A stretch of 32,000 nt of DNA, from contig CAYHAA010000009.1 of the NCBI GenBank assembly GCA_964354495.1, positions 79,884 to 111,883 of the forward strand, written 5' to 3'. Below the pieces are notes generated by a model that was not told the DNA's origin, ran no database searches, and was given only the letters and a program-made list of their open reading frames with translations. The first letter of the stretch is position 1; each line of letters starts with the position of its first letter. Below, in pieces: positions 25,842-32,000 of this stretch. This DNA is from an uncultured archaeon (GTDB lineage Archaea; Asgardarchaeota; Thorarchaeia; Thorarchaeales; Thorarchaeaceae). The position numbers were made by a program, and so were the translations under genes.

Positions 25842-26921
25842 GTGACAACAATCCGGAAAAAACCTCTTCGATTAGTAGAAATTCAAGAGAGTGTGCTTCC
25901 TGAAGATGAATGGATAATCGGCATTTCCGTTCTCGACTATTTCAACGGTGTTGGTTACTCCATGCCGCGCAGTCAAAGAATCGAGCAGGAGCCAGGCGAT
26001 GACGGGGATTCCCCGCCAGGTAGGAGAAAGTCCTCCGAGGTCGTAGCAGACTCGAATTCGGAAGACTGGTCGAAGACTGCAGGACTTGAAGCTGAACCAG
26101 ATGATGCTCTTTTGGCATCCAGTGAAAGCAATGAGAAAGGAGCACAAATTGATCATCCTCATAGCTCGACTCCTATTGATAGTGCGCTAAACGACGAGGA
26201 TTCTATGAACTTGTATGCGTTCATTCCAGGAATCTTCTATTGCTCAGCTCAAGAAACATCAGTAGATGCAGTCTTGATTGAAGTGACTCAGAGTGAGAGG
26301 TTTGGAATGACACTATCCAGCTTCCGTCCCGAGGATGTTCGGACTCTTGACATCAGTAAGGGATTCATACTCGATGAAACAGGTAAGGGAAAGTCCGTCC
26401 AAACGACTGTTGACACACTAGGAAGCTTTCATTCTGAGGATTTTCTCAAGGACTCTGGTCTGACCACTGAAGAAATGATCTACTCGAAGGAGATTGAACT
26501 GGCACGGCGTCTATCAGGACATATGCCTCTCGCCGAGCTCAGGAAAGCCTACGCATCCAGTTCATTCCTCCAGGCCAGACTCATGAAACTCTTGGAGGAT
26601 ATCGATTTCTTTGGGTTGGCGCCGCGACGACGCATCTATGTGAGAAATGAGAAACACCCCTATGGCAGGGTAATCGAAGTCAGTTATCGCGGGCTCGATC
26701 GGACACTCTATCTTGGAGGTGAATCCGGAATCTCATGCCCAGATGAGACTGATTTAGAGGGTCGACTGAATTGCCTTGTTTTCACGAAGCACATAGGCGC
26801 AGGAACTGAAACGACCGTAGAAGAGGCAATTATCGAGATGCTTCACCTTGTCAAAACCGGTCTCAAGAAGCAAACATCTAAGGAAGCGGTGTTGGACAAG
26901 CTATCACAGGAGGGTGCCTGA
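25842..26921 (+). CDS. Hypothetical protein with ~80-aa acidic low-complexity insert
   Basis: Long ORF; GTG at 25842 has GGTG 7 nt upstream (track start TTG 25770); its stop overlaps the next ATG (TGATG). No family recognised. Confidence 0.7.
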   Translation: MTTIRKKPLRLVEIQESVLPEDEWIIGISVLDYFNGVGYSMPRSQRIEQEPGDDGDSPPGRRKSSEVVADSNSEDWSKTAGLEAEPDDALLASSESNEKGAQIDHPHSSTPIDSALNDEDSMNLYAFIPGIFYCSAQETSVDAVLIEVTQSERFGMTLSSFRPEDVRTLDISKGFILDETGKGKSVQTTVDTLGSFHSEDFLKDSGLTTEEMIYSKEIELARRLSGHMPLAELRKAYASSSFLQARLMKLLEDIDFFGLAPRRRIYVRNEKHPYGRVIEVSYRGLDRTLYLGGESGISCPDETDLEGRLNCLVFTKHIGAGTETTVEEAIIEMLHLVKTGLKKQTSKEAVLDKLSQEGA

Positions 26922-28444
26922 TGAAAGAACTGACGGAGATTGCTAGGTCTGCTGTCAACAGCCTCCATCAGAACCAGGTCTTCGAAGTAATCTCTGAGTT
27001 CCAGAAGAAGGATGCTATTGAGATTCGTGATGAATTAGGGATTTCAGGCCACTCCAAGATGATTGCCAAGCCATTTGACCTCCTTGAATCCGTGAAAAGG
27101 CACATCCTTGCCAGGGCATTCCACGACAACGACCAAGTCAAGTTTCTAATGTCAGTGCCAGTCTGGGCAGGATTCAAACCGAACATTGACTATCTTGAAA
27201 CAGAAGAGCAGGCAATTCTTGCTGGCAAACGTAGTGCACTCGCCATGCTCTGGATTATGATACTACCAAGGCTCTCCGCATATCCCACAATCCTTCCCAG
27301 TGAAATCGAGAATCAAGGATTAGAAAAACTAGTGGAAAGTCTGCTGTTGTCGGACGAGTCACGTGCTATGCTCAACAGGGTCATATCGCTGGAACTGATC
27401 AATAGAGGATTTATTGAGGAGTACTTCGAGATCTCAGGGCTTGACAGTGGCTATGTAATCGACGATTCAATGAGGAAGAGTAGACTTCGGGCATTAATCG
27501 CACTGATAGTGATGAAGGCATGCGATTGCCCATTCGATCTTGATAAGATCTTCAACCTCCCAGAACATAGACTCATTGAGGAGACCACACTCTATATCAT
27601 TACAATGCAGACAAGAGCATCTCTTGCCTACCAGATTTCGGGAGGCGGCTCAAGCAGTCCATTTGACTGGCCTCTGGTAGGTACCGCCAGAGTGTTTGAG
27701 AGACTAATGTCAACAGTTGATGTACTACGCAGGACTGCATCCAAAATGACGACTTGCTCTCTATTCTCCTCAGTAAATCAAGGAAAAGAGCAAGTATGGA
27801 CCGAGAGGGAATTCGCATCGTTTCTGGTGAGAGAGATAGCTGATTATTGCAACGGGGTACTTAGGACTAGTTCAAGCAATGGCAAGAACGAAGAACTTGA
27901 CGCGTTCATCGACATTCTGACGGGCGAGAATATTGAAATCGCAGCAAGGGTCATGGAATCTGAAGATAGGCCACTGCAGCTCTACGAGGAATTATCGGAC
28001 TGCAAGAAGAGAGCGCGTTTTGGTGAAAAGGCTCGGATCTCACCTGAGAGGCGTTTTCGAATTGTCCTCTCCAACCTGAGACGGCGCCTTGAAGAGGCCC
28101 AGTCAAATCCCCTAGCAGCAGATGATCTTGAGGAAGAGATATTCAGCGCGTTTGATGCAATAATGGAGCTCGTCGAAAAACACACTGATTCACTGGGTGC
28201 GCAGGTGGACAAATTCACTGAGGAACTATGCTTTGAGACCTCATTCCATATCCTTGAGATACTGAAACTTGGTAGATCGCTCGGCGACTTGCCATGGGTT
28301 TGCCGATATTTCGCTGAAGAGGCAACAAGAATCAGTATCTCTCGTGGAGACTTGGACAGCCTTGAAGAAAGACATAGATTGAAACGTATTGTATCTGCGT
28401 TCACAGGGGGTGTGGTCTACCTTGTTCTTCAGGCACAGAAGTGA
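26921..28444 (+). CDS. Hypothetical, predominantly helical protein
   Basis: 507-aa ORF translationally coupled to the previous gene; no motif recognised. Confidence 0.75.
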   Translation: MKELTEIARSAVNSLHQNQVFEVISEFQKKDAIEIRDELGISGHSKMIAKPFDLLESVKRHILARAFHDNDQVKFLMSVPVWAGFKPNIDYLETEEQAILAGKRSALAMLWIMILPRLSAYPTILPSEIENQGLEKLVESLLLSDESRAMLNRVISLELINRGFIEEYFEISGLDSGYVIDDSMRKSRLRALIALIVMKACDCPFDLDKIFNLPEHRLIEETTLYIITMQTRASLAYQISGGGSSSPFDWPLVGTARVFERLMSTVDVLRRTASKMTTCSLFSSVNQGKEQVWTEREFASFLVREIADYCNGVLRTSSSNGKNEELDAFIDILTGENIEIAARVMESEDRPLQLYEELSDCKKRARFGEKARISPERRFRIVLSNLRRRLEEAQSNPLAADDLEEEIFSAFDAIMELVEKHTDSLGAQVDKFTEELCFETSFHILEILKLGRSLGDLPWVCRYFAEEATRISISRGDLDSLEERHRLKRIVSAFTGGVVYLVLQAQK

Positions 28445-28519
28445 ATACTCTCGATGTGAGTATGAGTCAGAAATGCCCCGCAGAAAGGATGCACGGGGAC
28501 TGCCATTGCTATCAGAAAC

Positions 28520-29434
28520 CTAAGTGAAGGTCTTCATGATTATATCCCAACGATGCTGAATGAAGTCTTCGATCTCTTTGATCTTCTTGTCATCACGAGT
28601 TGGCTTGTATAGGTGGGAATATCGCCCCTGCATTTTCAAGAACTCATCAATTGGCTTTCGCTTTGCCGGGTCCTGGAACCTCTTGCTCTCTTTCCCGAGG
28701 ATGAACTCTTCCCCGATGCGCTCCCATTGGATCCAATAGCCTGTTTCAACAGCGAGCTTGCCAATCTCAGCACCCTGTTCGACTGGGTAATTCCAAGCCT
28801 GTGGACAGGGGAGAAAGATGTGTCCGAATCTCGGACCTGTGTATTGACGAGCTTTCAGGACCTTCTCATAGAGGTCACGTGGATAGGCCGTATTCGCAGT
28901 GAATTGATAGACAGGCTCGTGAGCTGCAACAATGAGGTCGAGCAACTTCTCTGGCTCAGTCTTCCCATGCCATGTCGTCGAAGTCTGGGCGTGCAGTGGA
29001 GTCGCACTAGATCGCTGAGTGCCTGTGTTGCTATACACTTGGTTGTTGTAGCAGATATAGAGGAAATCAGTTCTTCGTTCAAATGCACCACTTAATGCCT
29101 GTATACCAATGTCGAATGTTCCGCCGTCACCAGCCCATACCATGACCAGTGTGTGATTGTTGCCCTTCGCCTTCAGTGCAGCCTTGACGCCAGATGCAGT
29201 AGCAGCAGCAGCCATGAAGGCAGTGTTCAAGACGGGCACATCAAGACCGCTCTTCGGCCAGAGGGACTGCACGACACTTGTACAGCAGGCAGGGACGACC
29301 TGTATTAGATCACCTTCCAAAGCCTTGTACGTGTGTCTAAGTGCAACCATATCCTGGCATCCTGCACACGCAGCATTTCCCTTCAGCACATACTCTCTGA
29401 GTGGCATATCTCGCGTAGCTACCATTTCTCTCAC
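28520..29434 (-). CDS. porB: Pyruvate/2-oxoacid:ferredoxin oxidoreductase beta subunit (TPP-binding)
   Basis: GNAACAGC, ACCTSV, GDGGTFDIG...NNQVYSNTGTQRS, PCPQAW. Substrate (pyruvate vs branched-chain) cannot be fixed from motifs. Confidence 0.93.
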   Translation of the reverse strand: MREMVATRDMPLREYVLKGNAACAGCQDMVALRHTYKALEGDLIQVVPACCTSVVQSLWPKSGLDVPVLNTAFMAAAATASGVKAALKAKGNNHTLVMVWAGDGGTFDIGIQALSGAFERRTDFLYICYNNQVYSNTGTQRSSATPLHAQTSTTWHGKTEPEKLLDLIVAAHEPVYQFTANTAYPRDLYEKVLKARQYTGPRFGHIFLPCPQAWNYPVEQGAEIGKLAVETGYWIQWERIGEEFILGKESKRFQDPAKRKPIDEFLKMQGRYSHLYKPTRDDKKIKEIEDFIQHRWDIIMKTFT

Positions 29435-30609
29435 TCCATCAAATCATGCCAGGTCTCCTCGGGACCCAGTTCGCCAGTTTCCACAGCGTTGTACGTATCC
29501 AGAATCATTTCTTTGATATCGGTGACCGTCACGTCGCGACCACCAAGACCACCAATGTAGCTCTTGACCATCGGGCGATGCTTTGTATTGTACATCGACG
29601 AACGAATATCGTTTGCCACAGGACCTCCGAAGCCGTATGAAACACCACGGTCAAAGCTGGCAAAAGCGTCGATATGACTGCCAAGGTCTCGTATGCGTTC
29701 AACAGGAAACGGCCGTATCATTCTGACTCGTGCGTTGCCAACCTTGTAGCCCTCTTCACGAAGTTCCTTGACTGCATCAATTGCCTCTGCAGCCACAGAG
29801 CCTTGAGATGTGAATACGACACGAGCATCATCACATTTGTAACAGTCAATCGGTCCTCCGAAGTGTTTACCGAAGAGCTTCTTGTATTTCTTTTCGACCT
29901 CCTCATAGACCTTGATGGCATTCCGTGTTCCCTCGTGCATCATGTATCTGAATTCCTGATAGTATTCAGGAAACACGATATTACCATGGGACACGGGATT
30001 TGCCGGGTCCATGACCCAGTGAGGGGGTGAATACGGAGGCAGAAACTTGTCGACTTCCTCGGGTTCCAAGTAATCGAATGTTGACAATGTATGACTCAAC
30101 ACAAAGCCATCGGAGTTCACCATCACTGGCATCATTACTCGCTCATCTTCAGCGAGCTTGAAGGACTGAATGATCGTATGATAGACCTCGTCGACACTGG
30201 ACACATAGAACTGAATCCAACCTGTGTCACGCTTTGAGATTGAGTCGTCATGGGTCACATGGATATTCCAGCTCGGAGAAACTGATCTGTTGATGTTGTT
30301 GATCACTATAGGCAGTCTTGCCGCGGCAGCCCAGTGAAGCCCCTCATCCATCAGAAGAAGTCCGTTTGATGAGGTTGCAGTGAACGCGCGGGCACCTGTT
30401 GAACTAGCTCCGATACAAGCAAAGATTGCAGAATGCTCTGACTCTACCCGGATGAACTGCCCTTTGTAGATGCCTTCCTCATTTAGGTATGCAACCTGCT
30501 CTGGCACCGTTGTTGCGGGTGTAATTGGATACGCTGCTACGACCTCGACGCGAGCAGAAACGACTGACCGCGCTGCTGCGTAGTTCGCACTCATGAGCTC
30601 TGTCTTCAT
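29431..30609 (-). CDS. porA: Pyruvate/2-oxoacid:ferredoxin oxidoreductase alpha subunit
   Basis: AAYPITPAT, VESEHSA, ARAFTATSSNGL, RPFP, GLGGRD; ATGA overlap with beta. Confidence 0.95.
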   Translation of the reverse strand: MKTELMSANYAAARSVVSARVEVVAAYPITPATTVPEQVAYLNEEGIYKGQFIRVESEHSAIFACIGASSTGARAFTATSSNGLLLMDEGLHWAAAARLPIVINNINRSVSPSWNIHVTHDDSISKRDTGWIQFYVSSVDEVYHTIIQSFKLAEDERVMMPVMVNSDGFVLSHTLSTFDYLEPEEVDKFLPPYSPPHWVMDPANPVSHGNIVFPEYYQEFRYMMHEGTRNAIKVYEEVEKKYKKLFGKHFGGPIDCYKCDDARVVFTSQGSVAAEAIDAVKELREEGYKVGNARVRMIRPFPVERIRDLGSHIDAFASFDRGVSYGFGGPVANDIRSSMYNTKHRPMVKSYIGGLGGRDVTVTDIKEMILDTYNAVETGELGPEETWHDLME

Positions 30610-30884
30610 ATGTCGCTGGTCCTCCTCTTCCGCTCATCTGTGCGCACCATCTCTATACACTGTTTGGGACATACTTGGGCGCAGATACCACAGCCCTTGC
30701 AGTAGTTGTAGTCCGTGTGAGGAGTTCCATCCTCATCAACACTTATGACAGCCTCAGGGCAGTACAGCCAACAGGTCCGGCACTTGTTGCACTCAGCATA
30801 GTTGACCACCGGGTCGAAAGTGCGCCAGCTGCCGGTCTCGCCCGTAGCCCCGATCGTGGGCTTGGAGTAAGACGTCTTTGGCAT
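30606..30884 (-). CDS. porD: Pyruvate/2-oxoacid:ferredoxin oxidoreductase delta subunit (2x[4Fe-4S])
   Basis: TGSWRTFDP, CNKCRTCWLYCP, YNYCKGCGICAQVCP. ATG 30884 (alternative TTG 30926); the track's N-terminal extension looks non-coding. Confidence 0.93.
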   Translation of the reverse strand: MPKTSYSKPTIGATGETGSWRTFDPVVNYAECNKCRTCWLYCPEAVISVDEDGTPHTDYNYCKGCGICAQVCPKQCIEMVRTDERKRRTSDI

Positions 30885-31086
30885 GTCTTTCCTGCTCTTG
30901 GGCTCAGTATTTACTTCGTTTACCAACCAGAAACACGTCCGCAGCGAGCCATCTAGCTCGCAGGCCCGAGAAGCGCAATTAAGCGTTATGATGTGGGTTG
31001 TGAATTGAGGCTGAACTGCTCCATGCGCTTTGCTTATCTGAATGAAGAGAGTCATCCAACATGACTGCTACAGAGAGGCGAGAATC

Positions 31087-31890
31087 ATGGAATTTACGAT
31101 TACTCTTGTTCAGATGATGTGCAAGGAGGGAGACAGGAAGTTCAATTTCGAACGTGCTGAAGAGCTATTGAAGGACTACACAGAACTTGGAGGAACACAG
31201 TTCATAGTCCTGCCAGAACTATTCGCCATTGGCTTCAGATACGCCGACTATGAACAGCAGGGTCCAGGAATTCCAGGGCCGACGAGTGAGTTCATCGGCA
31301 GATTGGCCGAGAAGCATAATTCATACGTCTTTGGAACAGATATTGAAAGAGGAGAAAGAAGGCACTACAACACCCTCATCGCAGCCAGACCCTCTGGCAA
31401 AGTCACGGCAATCTACCGAAAGATTCACCCTTTTCAGAACGAACGCAGCGTCTTTGATGGAGGTAACACGATAGTTCTGATGGAGTGCGGGGACATCAAG
31501 GTCGGCGTTCAGATCTGTTATGACATCCGATTTCCAGAGTTGTCGCGCAGACTCGCGCTGGAGGGAGCGGAAATTCTGATTGTTCCAGGAGCATTTCCTG
31601 ACCCCCGGAGCGCTCATTGGAACACTCTCATTCAGGCAAGGGCAATCGAGAACCAGCTCTATGTCGCAGCAGCAAACAGGGTCGGCTTCGGATTCGATAG
31701 GAAGACATACTTTGGTCATAGCCAGGTCGTTGACCCTTCAGGCCTGGTCATGACAAGACGCAACTCCGAATGCCGGATTATCCAAGTGACAGGAGATACT
31801 CAGATGATCAAGTCTGTCCGGGAGCAGATAACCTGCTATGCGGATAGGTCCCCCACGGGTTATGACAAGGTTGAGTGGTTTCGAGAGTAG
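31087..31890 (+). CDS. Carbon-nitrogen hydrolase (nitrilase/omega-amidase family)
   Basis: Glu-Lys-Cys triad in LPELF, YRKIHPF and ICYDIRFPE; ARAIENQ; ATG 31087 preferred. Confidence 0.93.
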   Translation: MEFTITLVQMMCKEGDRKFNFERAEELLKDYTELGGTQFIVLPELFAIGFRYADYEQQGPGIPGPTSEFIGRLAEKHNSYVFGTDIERGERRHYNTLIAARPSGKVTAIYRKIHPFQNERSVFDGGNTIVLMECGDIKVGVQICYDIRFPELSRRLALEGAEILIVPGAFPDPRSAHWNTLIQARAIENQLYVAAANRVGFGFDRKTYFGHSQVVDPSGLVMTRRNSECRIIQVTGDTQMIKSVREQITCYADRSPTGYDKVEWFRE

Positions 31891-31943
31891 CACAAGCGTT
31901 AAGTGAGAACCCATCGCTGCGTAGGATATCAGAGGAGTAACAA

Positions 31944-32000
31944 GTGGAAGAGCCGGACCACATCAAGAAGACCGTGCGAGACTGGTTCTCGAGAGAGGGT
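31944..32000 (+). CDS. 5' fragment of a gene running off the window
   Basis: GAGGAG 6 nt upstream of a GTG; open frame VEEPDHIKKTVRDWFSREG to the window edge. Product unknown. Confidence 0.5.
   Translation, partial: MEEPDHIKKTVRDWFSREG

Noticed and set aside
1-32000. CRISPR arrays, rRNA genes, IS elements, and the many short antisense ORFs in the track
   Set aside because: No regularly spaced repeat-spacer array, rRNA-like segment or transposase motif was seen; the short ORFs are shadows of longer, motif-supported genes.

Overview
Gene-dense archaeal chromosomal segment. It is most likely from an Asgard archaeon, Thorarchaeota-like; this is inferred from the gene mix (longin-domain protein, single-domain ZPR1, DUF2070, TFIIB-type ribbon, porDAB, ATGA/TGATG overlaps) and not from a search. 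Housekeeping content: MFS exporter, K+-independent-type membrane pyrophosphatase, tRNA-Ala(UGC), PadR plus heterodimeric ABC exporter, DUF2070, UbiX, surface M28 peptidase, 2-oxoacid:ferredoxin oxidoreductase delta/alpha/beta and a nitrilase-family hydrolase. Most striking: two tandem paralogues, each built from eight strictly spaced, alternating C-x2-C-x21-C-x2-(GH/HG) zinc modules and ending in adaptin/COPI/BBSome appendage-like domains, downstream of an HD-domain protein that has lost its catalytic residues. Also notable: a longin + tandem winged-helix protein reminiscent of GATOR1 NPRL2/3, a 7-bladed WD40 fused to a PCI-like winged helix, a kleisin-like/KITE-like pair split by an MFS gene, an unannotated 36-aa zinc-finger microprotein and a phased palindrome array in front of padR. 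No CRISPR array, rRNA, transposase or integrase was seen. All family assignments are by motif recognition only.
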